Shown: positions 27,719 to 41,475 of the stretch, piece after piece
Layout of the letters: every line of letters begins with the position of its first letter
Numbering within the stretch: the stretch's first letter is position 1
Assembly (NCBI GenBank): GCA_051294375.1
Contig: CM119268.1
Location: 19,474,625 to 19,538,624, forward strand
DNA: 64,000 bases
DNA from: Paraspadella gotoi
Lineage: Eukaryota; Animalia; Chaetognatha
Reading direction: 5' to 3'
Notes under the pieces: model-generated
Seen by the model: only the letters and a program-made list of their open reading frames with translations
Database searches by the model: none
What the model was told of the DNA's origin: nothing
Position numbers and translations under genes: made by a program

Positions 27719-29928
27719 AACTTTGGCGGAGAGTGCTCGCGCCATGCAAATGTATTCGATATTCGAAGAAAATTCAAGGCTTCGTCCTACTTCGCCGAAA
27801 GCTTCGTCTCGAAAATTTATCAGTGTGTAACGCAGCGCGGATCCGACTCAATTAAGCGCTCGTTTGGGGAGCGAAAAAGGGGTGGGAGGGAGCGGAAGAC
27901 CGCGGGGGTAATTTGAGTGAGAAGCGCTAATTTGAGGAGAGAGAGAGATGGAGGGCGGATTGTGGATTTGTGTGACTTGTGATTTTGTGTGATGCTATCT
28001 TTTTTGGAAAGCTGTCTTTTAAAAATTCATAGGCTCTCTTTCAGAGTTTTCAAATTATTATCATCTTTAAGTCACTTTTCGCTCGGTCTGTCGGTCGGTC
28101 GTTCTTCTTGTCTGTTTCTCTATAGGTCTGTCCCTTTTTTTAAGAAAGGGAAAAAACTAGCGTCACCTTCAGGAAATCCTAAAACTCTAAAAAATTAAAG
28201 TCAAAATTCCGATGCAGTGCGTGTCATAAATACACGGGCTAATAAAGTTATTGTAGTCATGTAATGTCACGTCAGATCACGTCACGTCATGTCATGTCTT
28301 GTCATGTCACGAAAAATACACGTGATAATGCAGTCACTGCCGCGCAACGCTTTGGAATTACCGTTCTTTTTTTTAAATTTGCCGGGTTCATTTATTGGAC
28401 TATGAAAAGGCTTCATGGGTAAGAAATTAGGAGACGTGCGATGTTGCAAACTTTCGGGGTTCAGCTTGTATAAATGTTTTTTTTTAATTTATTGAACCTT
28501 GAGTCTTGACGCGGCTGAAGTCCTTGTCCTCGAAACTAAATTTAAAATTAGAATTATGATTAGAGCTTGATTGATGCTTTGCGTGATTTACATTCCGGGC
28601 TTATGCCTTACATCCGGAGAATCTACCCTATCCTTGGGGACACCAATCGCAAAACCTTGGCGTGCAATCCCCCCCCCCGATACGAAAGAGACGATTTAAT
28701 TTCCGAGCTTTACATTTTGTAATATTTTGTACTTATTCAGCTTTAAAATCATATTCATAATTAGTTCAGAATTCGGACAGACTGACCCAATTATATTAAG
28801 CATTGCTCTGACTTCGGCAAATTTCTGGGCCATAAAAACGTAATGGTTGTTGTTATTTTTTGTTGTTAGTTGTTCTAGTAGTTGTTGTTGTTGTTGTTGT
28901 TATTTGTTTTTTGTTAAAAGAATCAAAGGTTTGTTCCTAGCGTTGAAAACAATGCTGATCGTTTTGTTGACAAAGTTGTGGGCGAAATGTGGCCTTCAAG
29001 TCTGGCCCAAGATCGTCCAAGTCATTCTTATCGTTGTCTTTTTCTTTTCTTTATATAGTCATCATTATCGTCGTTATCGTCATCATTATCGTCGTCGTTA
29101 TCGTCGTTTTCTGCAATGATCAGTTTAGTCTTGTCGTCGTTTTCGTTGTCAACGTTTTCTTTGTCGCTGGCATTATTTTTCAATGTCACTGTCGTCGTTA
29201 CTAGGTCCTTTTTATTATTATATATCTTCATAGTCAGTGTTCAAGGTGTTCACAGTGTTCACAGTGTTCACTGTTTACTGATCATGAGAATTTTATTCAC
29301 CGACAAATCAGCCAAATACATCTTCATCTTCATCTTCATCTTATAATTTTTCTTATCTGTCGTCGTCGTCTTCGTTGTCGTCATCGTCGCCGTCATCTTC
29401 GTCTTAGTCGTCGTCGGCTTCTTCGTCGTCGTCGCCGTTGTCTTCTTCGTCGTCGCCGTCATCGTCGCCGTCATCGTCATCTTCGTCTTAGTCTTAGTCG
29501 TCGTCGTCTTCTTCGTCGTCGTCTTCTTCGTCGTCGCCGTCAGCGTCGTCGTTCTCATCATCGTTTGCTCTTAATGTTCCAACTCGCGTTGGAGTCGACG
29601 TAGGCGTATTTGGCCAGAAGAAAATAACCTTCGGTCAGTCTGACCAATTTTTAGGGCCAACGACCAGTGAGTCTCGAGGGACTAAGAAGTCGAAAATACA
29701 TTTTATTTTGAAAATTACTTTTATTGTATTAATAAAAGCGGCTTAAAACTTATATGTAGTCGGTTCAGTCGCTTGAAAAAAGGTTGCAAGCATATTTTTT
29801 TTATTTTCAATATTTAAAATGGAATTAATTTTATTAAATAATTACTTTATTTAACGAAAGGCATCTCTTTCAACTACCGTCTACTTAGTATGTATGTATT
29901 TAGCGAACTGACAGAAGTTTTTTTTTTC

Positions 29929-29995
<67 letters not shown>

Positions 29996-29999
29996 GAGA

Positions 30000-30099
<100 letters not shown>

Positions 30100-30441
30100 C
30101 TGAGAGAGAGAGAGCCCTAAAGGGTCAACGCCGTTGATCTAATGAGTTTAGCCCCCTAGATGCCTTCATCGAAACATCGCAGAGGGAGGCAAAGCATGGA
30201 ATGGCATGGCATGGCATGGCATGGCACAAGACAAAGGTGATTAAAAAGATTACATGGTGAAATAAGAGCGAATTACCGGTTAAGAAAATATCATCGCATG
30301 GACAATTGGACATGAACAAAAACATGGACTAGACAAGGCTAAAAAGGTTCAATGACATGGCCAAGACGAAACGAAGGGCATTAACGAGCGATGAGCACGC
30401 GCCTTGGATTAGTAAAGGATCTTCTTTCGATGATGGGCAAA

Positions 30442-30502
<61 letters not shown>

Positions 30503-31112
30503 TTTCCCCCTCTCTCTTTTTTCTTGTAATACGCTAAATCCTTTTTCGACTTTACCTTCTTTCCATCTCTAATCCATAATTATTTTCAGCCGCTGACCGA
30601 GACGAGGGCTAGGTCTGGGACGATGATTTCGACGATGATGACGAAGATGCTAATGACAACAACGACGACGACGATGAGAATGACAAGGGTGACCATGATC
30701 ACAACAGTGACGATGACAACGTCGCTTATTTAAGACGTTTTTGACAAACAAATTAAGAGCTTGAAATATACCAAATTTATCAAACAACGAAGATCACCAT
30801 GACGACGACTTCCTCAACAACGACAACTTCTCGTTGTTGATAATAATAATTGAGCTTCAAAATCTTTGAACGAAACTCACCCAGACGGGCGGACCGCGCA
30901 TCCGCTGTCCCATAATATTTTCGGGTCCATAATCCATCGCCCATATCGCTGAAATGTTTTCTCTTCGGCGAACGCAAGGAGAGAGAGAGACAGAGAGAGA
31001 GAGAGGGAGAGACAGAGAGAGAGAGTTCTATTTAGCCTCTCTCTCGTTTTTTTCTTCTCTTTCTCAATAATCATTCCCCCTTAGTTTGAATAATTCAATC
31101 ATGTAATATTAA

Positions 31113-31971
31113 GGGGACCAGGGGGGGTAAAAAGCTGAAAGCATAAAGTTTGACCCTTTAACTTAAGCTAGTTCTGACCATATGATTCTTTTTTCTATAA
31201 TCATTTAGGAAAGAAGTTAAAAAATTTGATATAATCAGCTAGCTTAATTTTCTTTAAAAAATCGGTAAGAAGAAAATCTTTTTCAAATTTTAAAATTTTT
31301 TTTCTAAAAAAGGGTAAGATCTAATTTTAAAAAGATTTTTGACTTTTATCACAAAAATTTATACAAAAAAAAACTAAGAATGAATCAAAATTTAAGGTAT
31401 TGACTGATTTTATTTAAACTTTCTTTTTAAATGATTCTGTTAATTGGTTAAAAATAAAACCTTCTGGAGTAATATAAATATAAAAAAAAGTTCTATATTT
31501 TTGCAAAATTCTTAATAAATATAATTAGGAATCAATATAGTTTAATAATATGCTTAAGGGATGAATATAAATATTAATTAAAGATTATTATAGTTTTGTT
31601 TCTAAAAGAATATAATTTAGGTTTGATTTTTCTGCTTTTAAGTGAATATAAAAATAAAAAAATATTAGTCCTGTAAAGCTTTTGTTCAATGAGGCTTAAA
31701 CCTAAAATTGTAGCTTTGTATATTAAAAAATAAAAATTTGACATTTAGTAAAAAATATTTGCTAATGCAAAAATAAAATAATGGATCATATAAATATTAA
31801 GGTAGGATCAACTAAATTTGTTTTAATAATTAATAAAATTTTGTTTGCACTACAATAAGAGAGAAATTTTTTCGCCAATATCCTGCGCAAAAAAAAATAT
31901 GACTATCACCATTTAAATTCCTTTCATGATAGACCCTTAAGCTTATGATATCCTTTTTATCACGGGTCCCC
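31113..31971. mobile_element. MITE with TTAA TSD (Kolobok-like termini)
   Basis: ttaa|ggggacc...ggtcccc|ttaa with an extended imperfect TIR (taaaaag..cataa) and an AT-rich interior. Confidence 0.75.
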
Positions 31972-32550
31972 TTAAAACCGAAGATGGCGCGCGCGAAAGA
32001 CAAAAAAAAGCATAATAAAAAAAGTCAAGCAAACAAAGAAACCAATACCACAGACAGAAAAGAAAAAAAGAGGCGTATATAAAGAAACGAAGAGGAAGCA
32101 CGCATCAATTTTTTTTTCCTTTTTTCTATTTTCTTTCTTTTTTTTTCTTCTTCTTGTTTTTTGTTGTTGAATTTTTCCCCCCTTCTGAGCAAACATCATT
32201 AGCGTCATAGGAGATTCTCGCGAAGAAGAGCGAAGTCTGATGGTTCGTTCGCCGCGGGGGGGGGAGGAGGGGGCGTGGTGGAGGGGATAGGGGTGAGAAA
32301 AGGGATGGAGAGATGGAACGAGTCGAATGCTGGGAAATGATAGAGCGATGTTGTTGATGGAATGGATATAATTTTTTAATCGTAGGGGATGTTGGATTGA
32401 GAAGCTGAAAGCTGTTTTGAGGAGGAAAACCTTAGAGATTGTTGTATTGTATCGTTGTTCCGGGGATTAGAAGACCCTGATTAGAGGTGTAAGGGTTAAA
32501 GATGATATCGGTGGACATTTTAACGGTAGAGGCCAAGGTTGACGAACAAT

Positions 32551-32922
32551 AATAGGCCTTTTTCCCCCCGAATGCCCCCATTCAATCTTAAATTTAGAAT
32601 TTGGTTATTTTTTTAGGTTAGAGGTTAGATTTACAGATTAGGTTAAGGATTAAGTTAGTAATTAAGGTTAGGGATTAGTTTAGTGATTAGGGTTATGGAT
32701 TTTGGTAAGGGATTAGTTTTTAATGATATGGGTTACAATTAGAAATTAAGGATAAGGGTTTAGGATTAGGGTTGAGGAGTAGGTTAAGGTTTAGGATTAG
32801 GCTAAGGTTTAGTATTAAGATTATGGGTTAAGGTTAGGGATTTGGTGATAATTTTTTAAAAGTTAAAATCTAATTCCAGGTAACCATAAAGTAATGGGGC
32901 GCTTTAGGAAAAGAGAGCCTAA
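32551..32922. mobile_element. MITE-like element with degenerate TTAGGG-like interior
   Basis: Imperfect TIRs taggcctttttcc..gccccatt / aatggggcgc..ggaaaagagagccta flank ttagg(g/a/t) arrays. Relatives lie at about 22920-23335, 24265-24370, 54455-54760 and 57435-57490. Confidence 0.55.
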
Positions 32923-33579
32923 TAATAATGAAAATGCTCAGATGCTAAGTCTGGAACAATAAGTCAAAGTTTGAGAGAGAGAGGGAAAAGGATCGAGGGT
33001 AAGTTTAGTAAGGTCAGGTTTGACAAAGGTTGCGTGTGATATTGTTCGTCCACAGCGCTCTAGGAAAATAGAGCCCAATAATCGGAAATTGGGGGTAAAA
33101 CGGGGCAGAAAATGGGAGAGAAAGATGAGTGATGATGTTGCAGAATTTGATGTTGATGATGGAGAATGAAAGTTCTTTTCTCTCTGGAGGCGGAGGCGCC
33201 GAATGTCTCCTATAGGACGGAGGAAAGGCCTTTGGAGGGGAGGAAAGAAAAGAAGGAAAGAAGAGAAAAGGAGAAAAAGAAGAAAGAAGGAAATGGGAGA
33301 GATAAAGAGAAAAAGGAGAGATTAAAAAAAAATGAGAAGGAAGGATAGAAGGAGATAATTTTTGATCTCTCGGCGATTATTATTGTTGTTGTTGTTGTTT
33401 ACGTCCGTTGTTTCTTTGTTTATCTCATAAAACCGCAGGGTTTTCCCTTTTTAATTTGTATCCTCGACTTATCACTATCATCATCGCGTCAGCTTTACGT
33501 GAATGAATGTATCGTGCGCTTTTTTATTAGATTCAACCCCGAAGGTGAATTTTGTTTATTTGGCAAGTTATGAAACAAT

Positions 33580-34160
33580 ACTATTAGACGATTCCGTTTG
33601 AAGACCTCTGTTGACCCCAAAAGACTCCACACAACTCATTTTCGCTTCCACGATTCCATCAAAACTTTATATCCTTCTCAATAACATACTATACTACACA
33701 CTTACAAAATTTCATCTCAATCTATCTATCCAATTATGTTTAATTAGCGTTATTATGAGTTAATATAAGTGAAAAAATCCTATAAATGTAACTTTGTTTT
33801 TTTTTCATTTAAACTCATTTTCACTCGCACGATTCCATCAAAACGTTATATCAAGCTCAATCACACAGTTTCCTAACCAGACACAAAATTTCATCTCAAT
33901 CCATTCATCCAATTATGAATAATTATAGTAATTATAGGTTAATGTCAGTTAAAAGATTCAAGTTAATGTTACTTTTGTTTTTCCCATTTTAACCAATTTA
34001 GACTCGCACGATTCTATCGAAACTTTACCCTACCCTACCCTAATTTATCATAATTCGATGTTCTGATATGATAAAAATGATTTACCGACAAGCTGTTGGG
34101 GTGGGACTGACGGTCCCACAAAGTGGATTATAGAGTCGGAATCGGCTGAGAAGCTAAAAC
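33580..34160 (-). mobile_element. H1 element, partial, with internal tandem repeats
   Basis: Repeated actcattttcactcgcacgattccatcaaaac units and a degenerate 5' palindrome. Confidence 0.65.
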
Positions 34161-34749
34161 ATAAAGAAAAACAATGATGGAACTGAATTGAGTTAATTCC
34201 AAAAAATATATTATTGACGATCGTCAAACGTTTAATCATGAATAAGTTTCTAATTAATAGTATAATTCAAAAAGTTGAAAAATGATAGTAGAAAAAATAA
34301 AGAAAGAGCAAAAATAATGATAAAAATAAAAAAGGAGGAAAACAAAAATCCGAGAAGATGAGTTTTTAACGATAACAAACATTTTTCCACTCAAACCGTC
34401 GTCTCTCTGAGTGCAGCGGCGACAGCGGTGACAGCGGCGACAGCGGCGACAGCGCTGACAGCGGCGGTGGCTATGGCGACGGCGAAACAACCAGGGAGGT
34501 GACGGCGTCGTCGCCATCATCGTCGTCATCGCCGTCGTCTACGTCTTCGTCATCATCGTCGTCGTCTTCTTCGTCATTGAGGTCGTCATAATCGCCGTCG
34601 TCGGCGTCGTCATCGTCATCACAGTCGTCGTCACTAACAATGACGACAACGAGGACGATTATGACAACCCCCTGGAACGAAAGAGCATGATGATGATATG
34701 GATATGATGACGTTCGCCACTCTATTTAGGATCCGTCACATTGCATTGT

Positions 34750-35395
34750 GTTACGCAATCAGAGATTTGACATTTGGATTCCTCCAGGGTCGACACGTGT
34801 CCGCACGTGACATCGCCCGACACCTCGTGGCGATAATTGGCACGCGAGCGAAAAAAAAATAAATTCTTGAATTCCATTGTTTTGCGACTCTTTTATCTGT
34901 TTGTTTTAATGACGAGAAACAGTAAAAGTAGTCAACAGTCAACAGAGAAAAAAATCCCCGTTTTTTTTCTCTTTGACATCGAGCGGATTTTTAAATCTTC
35001 AAGCGAAAAAAAAGTTTTCGGTTTGCGGAAACGATTTGTATTTTTTTCGTCTGCTCGGCAATCAAAACATTGAGAGAGAACCGGAGAGAAATTCCTTTCA
35101 ACAAGTTTTCGGGTTAGAAAAAAGGGGAAAAAAGCAAAAGTAACAACAATAAGAGTTAAAAGAGGCAGCGCCCGACCAATTTCCCTTTTTTCGTTTTTTA
35201 AGCACATTCTCCCCCCCAGTTTTTCTCGCATAACAACAACAACGACGACGAAGTCTGACGCCAACGACGACTAACGTCGTTCCGGAATAATTGGCAAACG
35301 CGTCGGATCTTCTTTCCCAAAATCGTTCGCCGATTGGCTGAGAGATATTCGCTCGCCGATTGGCTGAAAAAATGGAAAGAAAAACCCGAGGCGGG

Positions 35396-35400
<5 letters not shown>
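34750..35400. promoter_or_regulatory. Candidate promoter or enhancer region
   Basis: GTTACGCAAT (34750), CACGTG twice (34794, 34804), CACGCG (34841), paired inverted CCAAT boxes (35333, 35359) and a GC box near 35390 next to (GA)n. Confidence 0.4.
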
Positions 35401-35469
<69 letters not shown>

Positions 35470-35638
35470 ACACTTCGCCTTACATGAAGTTGTAGAATAG
35501 AGTTGAAAGTACTTAATCTACATCTTCCAATAAACCGGTACCTAATTTCTAGTATTTCTGTCCTTTTTTCTCTCTGTTTCTCTCTTGGCACTCACGCGCT
35601 CTCTCTCTCACCTCTCTCTCACTCTCTCTCATTTTCTT

Positions 35639-35712
<74 letters not shown>

Positions 35713-36170
35713 CGCGACACAACCGATCCTCTTCTTTTCTTTTTCTTTCTGGACGTCAGTCCTTAATTTTCCTTCTAAGTAGAAAAAAAGGGGGAAAAAG
35801 GAGTAAAAAAGGACAGAAATTAAAAACTTGCCTTTAAAAAAAAAGAAATAGAAGGAAAGTAAAAAAAAGGCTCTGTGGTGCCATCTCCTTGTTGGAAGCA
35901 TCGAATTAATTAGTTGCCTGTCGTCAAAAGGTTTTACCCGTTTTTTTTTCCTCCTTCCCTTTTTTTTTTAATTCTTGTTTTCATATTACTGCCTTATTTT
36001 TTATATTCCTTCTTTTTTATTTTCTTTTTTTTCTTCCTGCACGTTAGAGTTTTTTTTTGTTTTTTTTTCTTAGCTGAAGTTAAAACAAACTCTTTCCCCT
36101 TAAAAAAACCGTAAAGTGGTCGGGAGCGATGGAACCAGCCTCGTTGAGACTGATTAGAAAATGGGTTGAT

Positions 36171-36272
<102 letters not shown>

Positions 36273-37108
36273 ACCTCCCTGACGGATGTCCCACTTTGTC
36301 CCACACGCGTCAATCCTGAGTTGAAACAAGCGCGACGTGTCTCTTAAGGTCGAAGGAAAAAGGGAAAAAGAGAAAGATAACAAAAAAGAAAAGAGTAAAA
36401 AAATGAGGAAGAAAATGATAAAAATTAAAGGGAGACAAAGAGAAATTAAGTTTTTGAAATTAAATAAAACAAATGACACATAAAAAAGCCTAAATACAAT
36501 AAATCAGTTAAACAGAAAACAGTTACAGTCACAAGGAAAGAGAATAAAGTATCTTTTTAAAAGAAAAAGAAATCCAAGAAAATAGAAAAAATAAAATAAA
36601 ATGATAAAAAATGAAAGAAAGAAAGACATAAAAAGGAATAAAAAAATATATGGGTAAAAGCTTCAGAGAAGGAAAAACACTAGGATAAAAAAAAATATTG
36701 GGTCAAACGTAAAAGAAAATTATGTAAAAACAGAAAATAGAGAAGTAAAAGGAAGAAGAAGAGGAAGGTGAAAAAAAAGGAGGAGGAAGAGGAAGGGGAG
36801 GAAGAAGAGGAGGAGGAAGAGGAAAACGAGGAAGAAGAGAAAGAGGAAGAGATAGAGGAAGAGGAAGAAGACTTGGATTTATGAAAAAAGAAGAAAAGAA
36901 AGAATGAAAGTATTTGCGAGGCGTGAGAAGAAAGGAGGAAAGATAAGAAGTGGAAAGTGAGAGTCAAAACTTGGAAAGTCTCCGAAGCACGATTCACTAC
37001 AAAGAGAAACTCACTATGGAAAAAAAAATCTAGCACTATTTTCCTAAAACGCCTAATTACTTGTATTCTTGAATTTAATTGGGACCTTACTTTCTGAATT
37101 TGGTACAA

Positions 37109-37342
37109 TGTGGAAGACGATGTCGCGAGCAGTTTACCGTCCGTTGCACACAAGGTCCCGAACTTCGGATCGGGCTGTAGTCCGACACTACAAGTGGGTT
37201 AGACGCCCCGTCCCGCTTTTACTTGTGCGCATCAGCAGGGCGCGAACCCGAGTCCTTTGGGTTGGGAGGAGCTCGTGCTACCTCCGGCGCCATAGGTGCT
37301 GCTGATTCTCGGACGAGTAGTGGGGTATGAAATACTACCACT
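37109..37342 (-). mobile_element. Second copy of family B solo LTR (inverted)
   Basis: Highly similar reverse complement of 52036-52272. The minus-strand B box is gggttcgcgcc, and the right terminus is altered. Confidence 0.85.
37146..37230 (-). ncRNA. Twister-ribozyme-like fold in family B LTR
   Basis: Minus strand reads cacaag..GGGA-CGGG-gcgtc-UAA-CCC-AC-[P3 ttgtag/ctacag]-[P4 cccga]-UCCG-AA-GU-[tcggg]..cttgtg. Confidence 0.55.
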
Positions 37343-38399
37343 GGGCACTAACAAAGTTATAAATATCTCACTCTCAGAGTTAAATACCCATGCAATACTT
37401 TCTAGGCCGGACACTTCACCGAGCCACAGGCCATTCACTTCTCGTTGCCGCGAATATTGATTGTAAATGCCTCCTTCCCTCCCCCCCCCCTCTCTCTCTC
37501 TCTCTCTCTCCTCTCTCTTTGTACACTTGACCTTTTATTATTATCTTTCCTTCGATTATCACTAAGGTCATTGTATACTTAATTGCCAATATCTTCTGTA
37601 AATCCACTCTCGAATCCCGCTCATTACAAGTCGCTTACCATTTTTCTATGTTTCATACTATCGCCCCTGACTTTGGACGGCTTTGGGTGGTTAAGGCCTC
37701 CATCACTCTTTACAAGATAATGAATATGGTGCCCTGCAAGCTTTCAATCAAGACTTTCTCACTGTCTCGTTTATTTACTTCCTTATTACCTGACTTCCTT
37801 ATCAATAGATGGTATAATGTTTCAAAGAATGTTCAATTGTATGAAAAGACCACTCCCTTAAGTATTAGATCGGAAAATACTATATTGTACTCCGCCAGCA
37901 TCAAGATACAAGGAGCTGAATTTTATGAAAGTTTAATCGGAGGTAGTCTGGGATATTTTTTATTATTTTATTAAGAATTTTTTTTTTCACTTGCTGTCAT
38001 GTAGCAGACATCGTTAGCTTTCATATGATATCTCACATGATGCATTAAAATTATTTTATGATAGCATATGACATAAAAAAATTGTGATAATTTTTTTTCT
38101 GCCAGGCGCTCGAGACACAGCTAAATCTTAAAATTTAAAAATCTGATAATACAGTCTTTTAGCCCTATGTCAGTAGTTTTTAAATCAGGGGGAACAAAGT
38201 TTTGAACTCCTAAATTATCAAATTTAAATCATATGTTTTTTAAGGTTCTAAATGAATTTTTTTTATTTTTTTTGTGTTTTCAACTAAATGATAACATTAT
38301 CCTTATATTTATATAAACATTTGAGGTATAGAAAATTTTTGTTATATCAGAAACATAATTCAATCTACTAATGTTTCAGAATCATATTTTATTTATTTT

Positions 38400-39010
38400 T
38401 TAAAATGTGCCCAATAAGGCGTAGTGAAAGTTACATACGAAAATTCTAAAAGTCAATTATGAACAACATACCACAGTGAACATTAATTTTTAAAAAAATT
38501 AATTTATGAGCTTTTTAATTTTTGCAGTAGGCTATATTTATATATAGTACTATCCTTTAATATCGAAAAATTTTAAATAGGCTTTTCTTAATTTGATTGC
38601 AGATTTGAATTCCTCGTCAAAAGTTGATAAACAAAATATAAATCATTTTTAAAAATTCTTTATTAAGTGGGTTAAAACTTAAAAAACTATATTATATATG
38701 AAAAGTAATTTTCAGATTAATATAAGCTTTTTTAATTTTTGACCTACTTAATTAATCAATGAAGGAATTTTTCAAAAAGAGTTATTTTCTTTTATCAACT
38801 TTTTATGACGAATCCAAATCTGCAAAAAAATCTTAGAATTGTTTTAATTTTATTATACATTTGGTTTAGTACTAGTATAAATATGGCTACTGCGTAAATT
38901 GTAAAATTTAATATAAATTTTTTTATTATATAAATGTTCATTAGTATAATGTTGTTCGTTCCTCACTTTTAAGAATTTAATTAAGTTAAATTTAGAAATT
39001 TTACTACGTC
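38400..39010. repeat. AT-rich interspersed repeat (DNA-transposon-like), host of LTR insertions
   Basis: Inverted homologue at about 51935-53200, interrupted by the B and D LTRs, and a direct homologue at about 62645-62940. Confidence 0.65.
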
Positions 39011-39641
39011 TTAGTGGCCAAGTGTGTTTAATTTAATTTCAAAAGTTGTTATACTTTTGACTAAGATCTGATCAAGATTTAAATGGAAAAGATGCTCCAT
39101 AATTATGGCTTTAATATGATACCAGTCTCATCGTTCAATCATTTTGGTTCAAAAGATATAAAAAAAATCATTTTTTTATTACCAATTGACTCAGCCAAAG
39201 CCAAATATATAAGGCATCGCGTCTATGCGCGTCTACGTAGGTCAATTTTAAAACAGATTTGGAATCCTCAAACGCATATTTACTAGTAACGTGACGACAT
39301 CAAGTGACAGAAGTTCGGTCTCCTTATTATATAAAAAAGAAAAATTAATTCTAATATTTTTAGTTAATATCTATCAATTTCAACGATAAAAAGGCACTAG
39401 ATATATTGCATGTGATTGAACAATGTTTTCGCAATAATAATTTTATCTATTTTATGTATTTTGGTAAGTATTTTAAGTATTTTTATTCAGTGAGTAAAAT
39501 ATTTGCTAATTTTTATCTTCGACGCTTAACGCCAGACTTCCCTATTTTAACTCCAATATTGTGTGTAAATCCTTTCTTTTGTTGTGTTTCGGTTTAAGGA
39601 GACGAACTATTTAATTGCAATAACAACGATTTTTATTGTTA

Positions 39642-39684
39642 GACGAACATGTTTCGGCTCACAGTCTGAGCCTTCATCAGCGTC
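39642..39684 (-). ncRNA. Minimal type I hammerhead ribozyme (Penelope pLTR type)
   Basis: Minus strand reads gacg-CUGAUGA-a-ggctca(gactg)tgagcc-GAAAC-at-GUU-cgtc. Helices I and II are perfect and helix III is very short and palindromic. An aataaa follows. Confidence 0.85.
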
Positions 39685-39737
39685 AAAGTTTTTGTGAAAT
39701 GCTCACAAATCTTTCTACAAAAGAAGAAGAGGGAGAG

Positions 39738-39802
<65 letters not shown>

Positions 39803-40056
39803 TTTCCAACACAGAGTTTAGAAAGGACATATTACATAGTTTATCTTCCAGAAAAGAAACAACTTTTTTGAATATTTTTTTTAATTTAAAAAAATCATAA
39901 TTCATAAACCAATAAGAATTTAAAAAAAATATTGCTCCCAAGAATTAGTAAATTATCTGTTTATAAAAATTTACCTAAATTCATAAAGCAAGCTATTTAA
40001 AAAAAATATTTACAAAGAATTTTGAATTGTTACAACGATTTTATTGTGATTAAATT

Positions 40057-40100
40057 GCAGACATGTTTCGACTATGAGATTTTCGAGTCTTCATCAGCGC
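40057..40100 (-). ncRNA. Minimal hammerhead ribozyme (Penelope pLTR type)
   Basis: Minus strand reads gcg-CUGAUGA-a-gact...agtc-GAAAC-at-GUC-tgc. Confidence 0.8.
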
Positions 40101-40136
40101 TTATTGACAGTTGTGAATAATGGGACAAGTTGTGAG

Positions 40137-40180
<44 letters not shown>

Positions 40181-40507
40181 GATGAAAAGGTTAAAGTTTT
40201 CCAACAAAAATTGAGACAGATTAGTGGTCAGTTTAGAGGACAGATTTTGTTGAGGCTAGATTGAAAAAGTGGTGAAAAGAAATGAAATTTGGTGAAAGGT
40301 GAAAGAGAGAGACAAATAAACAATTACATTTGAGCAATGTACAACAAAGATAAAATTAAAGAAACTTGATTTGTATGTCTAATAACAAAATTGCAATAAA
40401 TTAATTTTGAAATTTGAAAAATTGAAATGAATGAAATTTGAAATATAAGAGTTTGATTCAGAGGGATAGATAAGTAAAGATTTTAGTGAAATATAAGATG
40501 TATGAAA

Positions 40508-40551
40508 GAGCTGATGAAGACTCGAAAATCTCAGAGTCGAAACATGTCTGC
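40508..40551 (+). ncRNA. Minimal hammerhead ribozyme (inverted pLTR copy)
   Basis: CUGAUGA-a-gactc(gaaaatctca)gagtc-GAAAC-at-GUC-tgc. Helix I is weak in this copy. Confidence 0.75.
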
Positions 40552-41475
40552 AATTTAATCACAATAAAATCGTTGTAACAATTCAAAATTCTTTGTAAAT
40601 CTCTATACAACAACGAAAAGAAAGGATATACCATGGATAAAAAAATATTAAAAAATAATCCTTTTATAAGATTTTTTGATGAAAAATACAAAATCGCATT
40701 ATTAAAAAATCACCATTTAATAGAAAATGCACTTAATTCATCAAGTAAGGTGTTCAACATGTACAGTCTTTTACACTTTAATGATTAAAACTGGTTTCGT
40801 TTGAGATATTGAAGAAATGCCCTAATTTTTCAGTTTTTCAGCATTTTTTGAAAAGTTAGCAGCATTTCCCATAATTAAAAAAAAAAAGAATATTGTAAAT
40901 CATCCGCGCATGTATGAAGCTCGTTTTGAGCCCTACTACTAAGATGGATCACAAACTTCAAATTTTCTGGCAAGGTCTAATGTAGGTGTAAACCAAGAAA
41001 AGAGAGACAGAGAGAGAGAGAGAGAGAGAGGAAGGAAGGAAGGAAGAAAGCAGAATTTTCACACAACGAGAGAGGAAATAAATCATTAGCATGAGAAAAG
41101 TATTACAAAAATCACTGTGCCAGGTCCAAGTAACAATGGAATCGATGGGCGGAAACTTTCAAGGTCAAAGGGTCTTTCTGTGGTTCGGATGCGACCTCCA
41201 CCCGGAGTTCACGACAATGAGGTCAAGAACACTGACGACGACGATAATGAAAACGAAAATTTCGACGGCAACAAAAGCAACAACGGCGAATACAACAAAG
41301 TGGGTACAACTAAAGAGTCTGAAAAAAAATTCTTAAATTAAAAAAAGAAGGAAAAATGTAGGTAAAGATGTGACTAATTTGACTAATTTCGCGTTTTTTC
41401 TGAAATAAGTAATAAGAAATATTTTACGGGAAAGAACTAAGAGGTGTTGTGTTTAATTACAATTAAAAAATATAC

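Larger units (their letters stand above)
39620..40640. mobile_element. Penelope-like element remnants with inverted pLTRs
   Basis: An inverted repeat of about 90 bp (about 40009-40098 versus 40510-40600) carries hammerheads. The frameshifted ttacctaaattcataaa near 39971 resembles the PLE RT LPKIHK motif. Confidence 0.7.

Noticed and set aside
41091-41341. Short ORFs of 74-81 aa
   Set aside because: No known motif, and the tail is a GAC/AAC low-complexity run.
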